Positions 1 through 11,590 of a DNA stretch of 64,000 nt are shown here, piece after piece. Made by a program: the position numbers and the translations under genes. This stretch comes from Stegostoma tigrinum (lineage: Eukaryota): assembly GCF_030684315.1 (NCBI RefSeq), contig NC_081382.1, positions 15,854,592 through 15,918,591 on the forward strand, written 5' to 3'. The notes below the pieces were generated by a model that saw only the letters and a list, made by a program, of their open reading frames with translations, was not told the origin of the DNA and made no database searches. The first letter of the stretch is position 1. Each line of letters starts with the position of its first letter.

Positions 1-750
1 ACACCTAATTGGATCAAGGATATTTGTCTTCCAGAAGCCCAACTGCCTTCCTGTAACATGACTGATAATTTATAAGAAGTGAACAGTAAAGTAATGCTTC
101 TAACAGTGTTTCTGCAGAAATGGGAACTATATTTGATTTTCAAGTGAATTCTGAGATTCAAACAAGAGCCTGGTACATGAAGCTATGTTATGTAATTTAG
201 GTTGAACAATGTCTGGATGCCAGCTGTCTGCTTCACTTCATCAAGCAGTATGTCAGAATGGTCTGAACACAAACTGAACACATTAGTTCTCGCATCTTAC
301 AAGAGAATAATTGGAAAAAGGAAGGGTAATAGGAAGACTGATAAAGATTCACAAAATAGTTTATCATCAGGCTCACTAAAGCAGCAGTCCATTATAAGAA
401 TCCTAAGGATGCCTTGTAACCTTGGTGTATAGAGAAGATTAACGAAACCACTGATCATTCCTGAGAATTATGGCTAGTTCTTTCGATTGAAAGTCAAAGA
501 ACCTTTTTAATTTCTATGCAGTAAATCCTTCAAGTATTTTAAATCATCTGAACGAAGTCTCCAAGCTGGCAGCACTCTCTCCATTGGCTAGAATGTCAAA
601 GGTTTATGCCCAATTGCAGGGCTTGAACACACAGCCAAGATTAGTACCTAGGTGTGTTAGTAAAGGAATACTGCCTATTGAAGGTGTTGTTTTTCTAGTG
701 ATATTTTAAATTGGGGCCCTGCAGATCTGGTCAAAGCAGCGATGAGCTCT

Positions 751-848
751 GAAACAAAAAGCTTGAAAAGATCAGCAGGCCTAGCAGCACCAGTGGAGAG
801 AAATCAGAGTTAACGTTTGGGGTCGAGTGACCCTTCCTCAGGACCGGG
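751..848 (-). mobile_element. Short PLE-derived element (family 2) with degenerate hammerhead core
   Basis: Reverse complement reads CTGAGGA-A-GGGTCACTCGACCC-CAAAC-GTT-AACTCTGATTTCTCTCCAC...GCTGCTAGGCCTGCTG. Flanked by direct repeat TGAGCTCT (743-750, 849-856). Confidence 0.7.
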
Positions 849-1539
849 TGAGCTCTATTGCTCTGCTGGGCAGTGCTTATCCCTCAACTTACGCTGCAAA
901 AATCAGCAATGTTTTCAATTACTTTGTTGCATTTTGTGGGAGCACACAGTACAAAAATTGTCAGCTTGTTTAACTACGTAGCAACGATCATCACACTTCA
1001 AGAAAAGCAAACAAAATACTATGGGATTTTAAATTTTGGAATTAAAACAGAAAATATTCATCTGCTCGGGGAGCATCTCTGGAGCGAGAAATAGGAAGTT
1101 AGTATTTCAAGTTGATGTTATCCTCATCACAACTTGGACAAGTCATGTATTGAGTTCAGTGCAAAGTTTCTCTGTGATGATAATTGTCCTAATATATAAT
1201 GTTCACTAGTCAAGAGTTGGGTCTACAGATCAACAGGCTATACAGTTACTATTAAACATTTGTTAAGCTATTCATTTCTTCTTTAGGAATCTGAGAGTTG
1301 ATTTTGTATTGGTGTACTTGCTGAGTGGCTTCATATGCATAGCCCCTGGAATTGGTTCAGTCTTAATCAGTGTATTGCAAGCTGACCTTCCAATTTGACA
1401 AACTGTTTTGACTTGTTCAGGCAGCACTTCACATGTGCGTCAGCCTCGTTTGCTCTTTAAAATGGAATAAGTTAACAGAAAGTGATGCCATAATGGATTT
1501 CCTTGTTGTTTCATAGTAAGCTTCACCATTACTGAGGAG

Positions 1540-1930
1540 TTGGTCGCAGCTCGTTGGTAACGTTCCTGGTTGTGGATTGTTAGTTCGAGTCCTGCTCTAG
1601 AAGTTTGCAGTAGTTTGAGTCAAAGCACCAGTGCCATACTGAGGTAGTACTGCATTGTTGGGGTTGAAAAAGACATTAATCTGAAGCCCTGTCTGTCCAC
1701 TCAGGTAGATGTAACTGCATTTTTCTTGACAACCTTTATCCTTCAACTAAAAGCAGCAGAATAAACCCTTATTTTCATTGCTCTTTGTACAGCCTTGCTG
1801 TATGCAAATTAGATGTTGTGTTTCCTACATTGTACCCCTGAGGACAGCTCCAAAGTATTTCTTTGGTTTTATAGAGCTTTATGATATTGTGAGATTATTA
1901 AGGGTATTACATTATTTGTAAGCCAATTAT
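1540..1930 (+). mobile_element. Old tRNA-headed SINE (SacSINE1/Deu-SINE-like)
   Basis: A-box/B-box-like head (GCAGCTCGTTGGTAAC...GTTCGAGTCC) followed by a body (CCAGTGCCATACTGAGG...) shared with the copies at 16.2-16.5 kb and 54.4 kb. Family name is from recall of shark SINEs. Confidence 0.55.
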
Positions 1931-3529
1931 TTCTTTTTTCCCTTGCTCTTTCTATTGAGACACTGCTAAGTATCTTTTTTGCAAACTAACAGTTAGCTGG
2001 CCACGTTTGTGAGCAGTTATTGACAAAATTTCACTTAGAGGAATCTTGTAAACGGCCCCCTCCCTGTTACTCATGTCTCAAACAAAGGAAAAAAATCTTG
2101 TGTCTCCACTATAAGTCTCTACTTATTTACCAACTTGTAAAAATTGGGTTGGGGAGATGTGCGGGGAGGAGGCTTCAGGAGAGTCATGTGTCCTTTGTGA
2201 AGCACCTTGAGTCATGCTGCATCTCCAGTAAAAACTGTTGCTGTGGATGGACCTACTTTGACACCAAGATATCATGGAAATTAGTTCCTAAAGTTCATTC
2301 CAGAATTCACTGTATAATTCAGATTGGGATGAAGATTTCAGGATAAGCGACAGAGTGGAACTCCTCTATCTCAGAAAGGCCTGCAGGAAAGTCACAGCAC
2401 AAGCAGAATAATTTTCCAGCTCCTTTATAATCCCTGCTGTAATCGTAAACAAATTGTCTGGCAACCTAAACCTCAAGGCAACCCTAATATAAAGAAATGA
2501 AGTATATGCGAGCAGAATAAAAGGTGTGATGACATTAAGAAACTAACAATGATCACTGTAAACTTCACCCACTGCAACACACTCCAGGAGCAATTTTAAT
2601 TGGTCTCTCCTGCAAACCTAGCATTAAATAACCACATAATTTATGCTTGAATAGTTCTTTCCTTTAAGAGGTAATTCACTTCCCATTTTTGTAGTAATGT
2701 TGCACTCTGAGATCAAATTTGATGGAGTAAACATCTCCTTTGGCTTTCTGTTTTAAAATGTAATGACGTGTATAAGATTTAATGACGTGTTTGTGACAGA
2801 ATTGCAACTGCATCAAAACAGCTGTTGACTGTTACAATGTTTAAATATTTATGATGGCATATTATTTTATGGAGCAATGTTACATTTTGTACTGAGTGAA
2901 CATCTGTTACATCGTGAAAATTATACCTCACTGTTGTTTTTAACTGATTGAATCAATCAGTTATCTTTGGTGAAACGCTTCAGTGATTGGACCAGATTAT
3001 TGAAACCAGTAATATTAGGGGATATAAGTCAGTAGAGAAGAACTTGCATTTATATAGTGCCTTCTTTGACCACAAATCTTCTGAAAGTGCATTACAGTTA
3101 ATGAAAGATTTTTGGAGTGTAATCACTGTTATCCACTAGGAAATACAATAGCAAGGTTCAAGAAGCAATATTGAAGGAAGTGATCGGATAATGCACTGCT
3201 GTGAAATTGGTTGTCTTAGACAATGTCATTGTATTTCCCTTGAGCCTTGCCTCAACACAAAGTCTCCCTTAAATTTGTTGAAGGATTTAGTTTAACATAT
3301 GATATTTGAACCATATAAGCTACAAGCTTGATTCCCCAGTGTGTGCTTGATTAGTTGCTTTCAGGACCAGCATTTGAATGTTGGGCGAGGACAGATTTAG
3401 GCTGGGCAGTAATATCCTGCACTGTCAAATGGCGTACAATGCTCATTGTTTAGAGCTAGGGTGGGGAATGGTCGCCGGGGTAAAATGCTGGACAATTGCC
3501 AGAGGCTCTGGACCAGAATGAGTGAGTGC

Positions 3530-3620
3530 TGCCAGGGAATGGGGATTGTGGGGGCGTGGAGGGGGGGGGGGTTAGTGGGGGGGTGGGGGGAGGTGTGTGC
3601 TGGGGGGTAGGTGTGGGCAG
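3530..3620 (+). repeat. G-rich tract, potential G-quadruplex
   Basis: At least eight runs of 3-12 G within about 90 bp. Confidence 0.7.
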
Positions 3621-3947
3621 AAAAATACATTTGAAACTCAAAACTCGAAGTTCAGGTTATTTACAGCTTTTCACAATGGAATAAGACAGTGAATCAGATT
3701 TTTTATAAGGAATAACTTTGACCAGTATATTAGCTTTTCATTCCTTATGATCCAATGTATGAGATCAGACAGACACCTGAAAATTAATATCCATGTTTTA
3801 CACAGTTAGATTAGTTGTGGATTATTTTTGCATGAAGCACTTAAAGATTGATCGCATAAATAAAGAATAGCTAGAGAGGCTGCTCCTTTGCAAAGGTGTT
3901 AGATGCAATAGAGAAAATAGCATCATTTTTTTAAAAATCAAGACAGT

Positions 3948-4262
3948 GACAGTGAGAGTCTTTTTCCAAGGTTGATGACTTCAGCTTGTACAAGGGGGCA
4001 TAGCTACAAATTGAGGGGTGATAGATTTAAGACAGATGTCAGAGGCAGGTTCTTTACTCAGAGAGTGGTAAGGGCGTGGAACACCCTGCCTGCCAATGTG
4101 GTTAACTCAGCCACATTAGGGGCATTTAAACAGTCCTTGGATAAGCAGATGGATGATGATGGGATAGTGTAAGGGGCGGGGCTTAGATTAGTTCACAGGT
4201 TGGTGCAACATCGGGGGCTGAAGGGCCTGTTCTGCGCTGTATAGTTCTACGTTCTAAGTTCT
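3948..4262 (+). mobile_element. CR1 LINE 3' fragment
   Basis: Encodes TRGHSYKL...VRGRFFTQRVVRAWNTLP (CR1 ORF2 C-terminus), then a 3' UTR and a TTCTA-type tandem tail. Confidence 0.9.
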
Positions 4263-4431
4263 AAGACAGGGATACTGAGTGAAATGCTGAATTTTATTTT
4301 GCTAACAGTACATATCAGTGGGCTATCACCACCAGAAACATGTTTCCCTCAAAGAGCTCTTTTCTTGTGTTACATACTGGAGTTAAGATCATTCACCATC
4401 AGTGCTGAATCAGGGCATGCTGCTCTCTTTT

Positions 4432-4588
4432 ACCTCATACCCCACAGTACCCTCATTCCCAACAGTACCATTATACCCAACAGTACCCTCATACCCAACA
4501 GTACCATCATACCCAACAGTACCCTCACACCCAACAGTACCATCATACCCAACAGTACCCTCGTACTCAATAGTACCCTCATATCTCA
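4432..4588. repeat. 18-bp minisatellite, about 8.5 units, with 36-bp higher-order alternation
   Basis: Unit CATACCCAACAGTACC(C/A)T; successive units alternate CCCT and CCAT. Confidence 0.95.
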
Positions 4589-5197
4589 CTGAAAATGGAG
4601 TGATGGCAAAAAATACACTTGTTTGACAATTGATTATTAACGTTGGCAATGCATAATTAGAAGAATATTGCAGAGGACATATATAGGACTGAAACAAACC
4701 ATTCAGTCCATCCAATCAATACGTTTCAATGACTACTATCTCAATGATTTGTATTTCCCTGTCACACAGTTTAGACAGCTTACCCTATGGCAATTGTATT
4801 CATTCCTAATTGGTCACAAACTGAGCACTCAACCTCCTGTTCTCTTGACTGTGAAGACTGCTTGTGTTAAACTCCATAATAATGCCTGTCACCACTTTTA
4901 TATTAAATAATCTTAACCATGTTTGGTTGCCCACAGATGCTGCTACTCTCATTTCCCTCTTGGCAGGCTTTCTATTTTCACTGTCCATAAAGTTGAGTTC
5001 ATCTAACACACTGCAGTCCATATCTTAAAAGCCTCAATCATTTATTAACTCTATATCTCCCAACCTATATTGCCCCCAAGGGTTGTTATTAATTACAAAT
5101 TTGAAGATTCTGATCGAGATTCACAAAATACTGAGGAAACAGGTACCTCTCATAACCAATATTGCACAGCTAAGAACGATTAAGCAGTTACAATTGA

Positions 5198-5287
5198 AGA
5201 AGGGTCTTGACCCAAAACGTAAAACTTTCCTGCTCCTCTGATGCTGCTTGGGCTGCTGCGTTCATCCAGCTTCACACCGTGTTATCT
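5198..5287 (+). mobile_element. Short PLE-derived element starting at the hammerhead core, short-type 3' end
   Basis: TTGAAGA-A-GGGTCTTGACCC-AAAAC-GTA followed by the PLE tail ending GTTATCT. Perfect 13-bp TSD CAGTTACAATTGA at 5185-5197 and 5288-5300. Confidence 0.85.
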
Positions 5288-5580
5288 CAGTTACAATTGA
5301 TAGTTTGCCTGATAATGGACAGATCAGTTGTGATGGTCAATATGATACCATCCATCCCGAAGGATATTTTTAGTGCTTGTGACATTCATCCTAGTGTTGT
5401 ACGTCTATCCACATATTAAATGCCTGTCAAAGTTAGAAGTTTGTTTCATACTTGATACTTTAGCACAGTCCAATAACTTTAATGCTAGCACAGATTGGGG
5501 AACCTCGAGACATTTCTGCACGCTTGCATACAGCATGCTGAACTTCATTGTGTACTCTTTCCTATTGCTATCTTCAGTCA

Positions 5581-5897
5581 GGGAAGTGATGGCATAGCGG
5601 TATTATCACTAGACTCTTAGTCCAGTGACCCCTGATAATGTTTTGGAAACCCAGGTTCGAATCCCACAATGGCAGGTGGTAGAATTTGAGTTCAATAAAA
5701 TATCTGGAATTGAGAATCTAATGATGGAAAAAAACCCATCCGGTTCACTAAAGTCCTTTAGGGAAGGAAATCTGGCCCACATGTGACTCCAGATCCACAG
5801 CAATCTGGTTTACTCTTAACTGTGCTCTGGGCAATTAAGGATGTGCAATAAATATTGCCTAGCAGCGATGCCCTCATCCCATGAATGAATAAAGAAA
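5581..5897 (+). mobile_element. tRNA-derived SINE with LINE-derived tail
   Basis: A box TGGCATAGCGG and B box GGTTCGAATCC. The tail GGCAATTAAGGATG...CATCCCATGAATGAATAAA resembles the LINE 3' ends at 8.4 kb and 63.9 kb. Homologous copies at 11.27, 18.8 and 48.0 kb. Confidence 0.8.
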
Positions 5898-6396
5898 GTC
5901 ACTCTAAATTGGTCAAAATCTGATCATGCCTTTAAGTACTCAAGAATTTTTTTTCTTGATAAATTTTATCCAAGCCTTCATTCTTGTTGAAATCATCAGG
6001 TTCTAGTTCTGATATGAAAAACTTCACCTCATATCTTACTTTTGTATTGAAGAAATTTGAAGGCAAGTGTTAAGACTATACTTTGCTTATTCTTTGATAA
6101 AGAAATAACCCAAGTCCACATTGTGACTTAATTCTTCCACTCACCATAAGGCGTTTTTTCAGAAAATAGAAGTGCTTAATCTAGCCCCAAGCTTTACAAT
6201 TTGACTCAATCATCCTTGTCCACCAAAGTTATACTTTTCAAAATGACTATGCTTATACAGAATTCAAGCCCACATTTTATTTCGCTTAGCCACATTCCAT
6301 AAAACTCACAACCACTGATTATTAGTTCCCCATAGTTCTGCAACCATTTCAAAACCAATGAGCTCCTCAATAATATATGCATCATCTTTGTGGATG

Positions 6397-6469
6397 GGGT
6401 TGGTGGTGCAATGATTCGTGCATCTGATTATAAATCAGAAGATTGTAGGTTCAACTCCTATCTGCCTTG
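6397..6469 (+). pseudogene. Decayed tRNA-Arg(ACG) copy
   Basis: 73 nt colinear with vertebrate tRNA-Arg-ACG as recalled (GTGGtGCAATG...TCTGAtTAtaaATCAGAAGATTgtAGGTTCaACTCCT). Anticodon loop is mutated and many changes are CpG-type transitions. Confidence 0.7.
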
Positions 6470-6488
6470 ATTGCAATTCACAAACCTT

Positions 6489-6606
6489 TGGGCTTTTGTG
6501 GCACAGTGATAGTATCCCTACCTTTCTGCCAGGAAGCCAAGGTTCAAATTCCATCTGCTCCAAAGGTGTATGATGGCATCATTGCGCATGTTGATTAGGA
6601 AAAAAC
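6489..6606 (+). mobile_element. Short tRNA-derived SINE
   Basis: GTGGCACAGTG A-box-like, GGTTCAAATTCC B-box-like, ending in an A-rich tail. Confidence 0.55.
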
Positions 6607-8354
6607 AGTGTAAAAAATATACATCTTCTTTTCTCTCTTTTCATTAGGTCTCAGGCATTCCTTCAGACCATATTTGATGAAACACTATCTTCCTTTGAAG
6701 GTTTTATCACGTTCCAGAGGCTTCTATCCAAGATTGAGATTTTCAAAGTGTGCCCACACCTGAACACACCCTCACAGAATTTTAAATATCTCATCTCTCA
6801 CCTCCAAACAACTCTATGTGATGACTGTCATCATCATATTTAATTGTCTTCACAGTCATGACCCTCTCTATATTTGTGATCTTGTACTGAGGAGAGGGTG
6901 AGGCAAAGACCATGAAATAGACAGTGACAGGGAGTCATCTTTATTCTGGCAGCAGATAAACTGAGGACAAGGGTCAGGGTCTTCATTTATCTTCCAGGAG
7001 TGAAGACAGTAGGACCTACAGGAAACTCCTACACTGGGGGATGAGTATGTAAAAATAAGTTCCAAAAGTACAATCATGAGGAAACTGATTTTGTTGGTGA
7101 GTGAGAAGCTTCTGTCGGGGAATGAATTTAAATGGCCTAAGGTAGCAAAGTTTATAAAGAAGAAGGAACTAACTGTATATCAGTGAGCAACACGAGAAAA
7201 AAGGAACGGAAAAGTAAAATAAGTCAACATAAAACAAAATTGTCAAGGAAACCAAAAGTAATGTAAGTGATGTTATGTTGCAAGTGAGATGTTACAATAG
7301 GTTTTTTTATTGGAAGGGTAACAAATAGTTTTCAGACTTACTGGATGGCATGTCAGCTGGGCCAATGATTCAGCAAACGGAATGTTCATTAAATTTATTG
7401 TTGACGTGCTGTCTGGGGAAAGTGCAATTGATATTGTGCACTCAGATGTTCATTTAACGTTTGACAAGGTTGTCTTTCATTGATTAAAAGTGAAGATCCT
7501 GCTGCATTGTGGTCCTGAAGAGAAAACTGCCTTTAAAAGAGAACAGACGTTCTCTTTCAGCAGACGGGGCGGATGGGAAACAAGGTTGTGAGCAGGAAAT
7601 CCACAATGGCCATGTCAGGAACTTTCAGTATTGCTGATAAGTGTAGAAAGTGTGATCAGGGCATTGGAAACAACATTTCAAAGTTTTTAGGTCAGGTTCA
7701 AATATCCTTTGAGAATTTAACAGAAATCCCTGTCACTAAATCCTTCGGGCTTTCATAATTTATTTGCTCGAAAGAATTCTAAAGTGCAATGGACGGCTAG
7801 CTATCAATGGGATTAACTGTAAACAATGTTAGAATGTTCCAATAATTGTTCACAATCTGCCAGGAGCAAGCAATTGTTTCCTGAAATATATCAATGTAAT
7901 GTAACTCATAAATAGAATAAGATTGACATGGGGTTTTGAATTTTGCTGGTTTCAGATGAAGTAACTTAAATATGAACATTGATGATTTACAGGACACAAT
8001 ATGTCCTGAATTCCCCCTCTCTCCCTCCTCAAGATTGACTGCAGCGAATATGGTGATCAACCAAAAATAGCATGCAAGCATTCAAAAAATCAATCATGCA
8101 AAATTTGTTCTTGGACACATTGGGCAATTTGAGATAAATGTACAAAGTGTGACCAAAAAATGGTATGTTTTCACATTTATGGATGAGTAAACTGTTTTCA
8201 ATTACAGTGCCATAATAAATCACCATTTAATTAACGATAGATTCCAATCTGAATTTTACTCCTGTATGCAATGGTTCCATAAAGTCAAATGAGAACTGCT
8301 TTCACTTCTTAGCCCTTTAATCCAAGGGCATGCTGCAAATGGAGCTCTGGGAGT

Positions 8355-8510
8355 AGTGTCAAGAAGCGTTGATAAGCGAAGATAATGGCATTGTGGATCA
8401 ACCCACAGCAGGAGGGCTGCAGCGGTTCATGGAGGCAACTCATCACCACCTTCTGAAGGGCAACTAGGGATCGGCAAGAAACGTTGGCCAGCCACATCCC
8501 ACAAATGAAT
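8355..8510 (+). mobile_element. LINE 3' end fragment (CR1/L2 group)
   Basis: Ends CTCATCACCACCTTCTGAAGGGCAACTAGGGATCGGCAA...CACATCCCACAAATGAAT, the same tail as the SINE at 5581-5897. Confidence 0.6.
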
Positions 8511-8895
8511 AGGGGAAGAAAACCTGCTTAATCAGTAGTTAAAAATAAGTTAAGGATCAGCAAGCCATAACATTTTAAACAGCTGTGATTTGTGATCACA
8601 TTTTTGAAACAATATCACCACAGTCAGGTGAGGAGAGCAGAATAGGATCCCCTCTGGTAGGTCACAACAAAAACATTTTTTAGCATAAAGCTCTCTCTTT
8701 TTCAAATTGAAATGTAGCTGGCTTTTCTTATTGTAGCAATAAGGCATCAAACACAATGTTTTCTTGAGTGAAAGAAAGATTGTTTTATTATTTCTAATTT
8801 CTAATCCCAAGAAGAATGCCAAACACTCAATCTTCAGGTGGTCACATATATGTATACTCACTCACTCATAAACCTATGCGCACATACAGACAGAC

Positions 8896-9082
8896 AGAGT
8901 CACAGAATCATACAGTATGGCAACAGACCCTTTGGTCTAACCAGTGCATACCAACCATGTTCCCAAACTAGTACCACATGCCTGCACATGGCCCGTATAC
9001 CTCCAAACCTTTCCTATTCATTAACTTATTCAAATATCCTTTAGACATCATAACTGTACCTGCATTCTCCATTTTCTCTGGC
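8896..9082 (-). mobile_element. CR1 LINE 3' UTR fragment
   Basis: Starts AGAGTCACAGAATCATACAG...CAGACCCTTTGGTC, matching the reversed CR1 tails at 22.2 and 44.6 kb. Confidence 0.55.
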
Positions 9083-10234
9083 ATATGCAAAGTTTAAAAG
9101 GGCAGGTGTTCAGTACAAGGGAATGATAAAACACTGCGCAGTTAGACCCTTTTCAATTCCTTAAGAGTTTAGTCAAAGACCATACTACATTTCTGGGACC
9201 ATCAGCAGGAGAGAACATTGCATTTATCTTTTTGATTCTTTGAGTTCCCGGCGTTTCTTTCTCGCCAGTGTTGGGACTGGTTTTCCTTCTTGAAAGCAAG
9301 TTTTCTCCAGCCTGTTTCAGCTCTGTGGTCAAAAATCCATTTTATCCCCAAAAACCTCCTTCAATTCAAGGTTTTGTATGTTCTGTCTGCAGATGGTGTT
9401 CCATCTCCAATGTGACGAATTTCTCATGCTGCCAAACTTACCATTTATTCTGTCTTTGCTGCGATCTAAGTTGGATGCTATCTACAGAAAAGGCAAGTCT
9501 CTTGTTAACAGATGTACTTCCTGACATTAATGTGGTGCAAAGAGTACCCATGGTGCTTTACCTGGTCCACAATTGACATAATTCATTCATTTCTCCCATT
9601 CCCCCCAGTCCCAAGCAGTTCCCGTGAGTTTTGTTTCGTTCAGCAAGACCATAGAAGAGCACAGCACTTGTCTCACTTCTGACGCAAAACTACAGAATTG
9701 AGAGTTAAGATTCAGAACTGAAAAGCAGGTGAAGCCTTGCAACATTAAATTTTCACTAAAGAAGCTCAGTAAAAAGAATAGCTCTCATCTGTAAAATGTC
9801 TTCCACAGCCTTGATATCTGACAATGTTTTATAACCCATGAAGCAAAGTCATTGTTGCAATGTTGGGATAATATAATTGTGAATTATTTAAAAATGATTA
9901 TTGAAAGTTGAAGGTATCATGTTCCTTAGAAATTATATTAAAGCAGCAATATTGTTCAGATAAATACTTGTGGTTATTAATTGATATCACTGCAAATATC
10001 ATCCATAACTGTAATTAGCTTATAAATAGCAACTTGCGTTTCTAAAGGAAGCACTCCCCCACCCATTGCAAACTATGCCAAACTTCTGTTGAGCCTCAAG
10101 TAAAATTGGGAATTCCAGTCTTAACAACTACACAGCACTAGCTATCGTGATAACTGAGTTAGAAGCATTTTCGTAGACTTTGGCTAAATCCGGCTGAAAG
10201 ACCAGGAAGGGGACCCAGTCACTGGAGTTTTGAA

Positions 10235-10625
10235 AAATATGAGGTAACCTTATTGAGACATACAGGATTCATAAGGGATCTGGCAGAAAAGGATGCTTCC
10301 CTTCATGGGAGAGTCGAAGACCAGTGGACATTGTCCCAGGACAAAGGGGCACCAATTTTGAATGGAGATGAGGAAAAATTTCTTCTGTCAGAGGGTTGTG
10401 AGTCCTTGAAACTTATGGCCACAAAGAGCTGCAGAAGCAGAGTCCTTGTGTATGTTTAAGGCTGAGATAGATAGATACTTCTCCAGGAGAGAATCAAGGG
10501 TAGCAGAGAAAAGGTTGTAAAATGGAAATGAGGAGTGTTGGATCAGCCAAGATCCTTTTGAATGGCCAAGCAGGTTTGAGGATCCAAGCAGCCTATTCTT
10601 GTTCCTCTTTCTCATAGTCGTATGG
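10235..10625 (+). mobile_element. Degenerate CR1 LINE 3' fragment
   Basis: GAGATGAGGAAAAATTTCTTCTGTCAGAGGGTTGTG (MRKNFF.QRVV) plus a 3' UTR homologous to 42.65-42.9 kb. Confidence 0.75.
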
Positions 10626-11267
10626 TTACTGTCAATATAGGAAATTCTTATCTTAACTCATTGCAAATTTCTTCCATAGGGAAAATTTTGATTATTTTTA
10701 TTCTTGGTGGTCTTGCAAACATATTCTCATTGAAGCACTTTGCTGAAATCTTGAATTTTGGAATACAGAGGGAAAGGGATATTCAGATTTTCTTTTGTGG
10801 ATTAGCTATGATATGATTTCCATCTGATTCAATTGTGGAATGCAACTGAGTTTAAAATTCATACTGCACCAATCAATTTGAAGTCATCTGGCTGAACTGA
10901 TGTTGAATAAAAGTTTTAAGCTAAATGCAATGAAAAATGCAGGAAAATAAAGAAGAACGCTTATTTTAAGGGTTTTGAAAGATTGGCATGGAAATTATTT
11001 TCTGCCAAGGATTGAAGCCGTAGTGAAATGCAAAATATTATAATGGGGAACAGATGGCCCTTCTTGACAAGTATACTCTTTGAAGAATTTAGTTCACTTC
11101 ATTAGCAGTAATGCAGGATGAGCTACAAATTAGAAATGACACCCATTGTAGAACATACTTCGGACTTAGACCAAGTAGAAAAGTTAAGTTCTGCCCACTG
11201 ATGCCCAGTTTGGGTTCTCCCAGGGCCACTCATCTCCTGACTTCTTTACACCCTTGATTCCAACACT

Positions 11268-11590
11268 GAGGCAATGGTCTGTGGTATTATCACTTGACTA
11301 TTAACTCAGAAATCCAGGTCTGCTTTTTGGGGGTCTAGATTTGAATCCCACCATGACACAGATGGTGGATTATGAACCCAATAAAAATCTGGAATTATGA
11401 GTCTAATGATGGTTATGAAACTGTTGCAGATTGTTGGAAAAGCCTTTTATATGCTGTTCTTATCTGGTCTGGCCCACATGTGATTCCAGACCAACAGCAA
11501 TGCTATTGACTCTTACCTGCTCTCTGGACAATTAGAGATGAACAATAAATGGTGGCTTCGCCAACAACACTCATATCCTGTGGTTGAATT
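11268..11590 (+). mobile_element. tRNA-derived SINE (same family as 5581-5897)
   Basis: Colinear similarity: GTGGTATTATCACT...GAATCCCAC...CCCACATGTGATTCCAGA...CAATAAAT. Confidence 0.75.

Noticed and set aside
4432-4588. CRISPR-like array
   Set aside because: Contiguous tandem units without unique spacers, in a eukaryotic context with no cas genes.
4284-4715. ORFs with YPTVPS repeats resembling the RNA Pol II CTD heptad
   Set aside because: Hexapeptide from an 18-bp minisatellite, with no flanking coding context.
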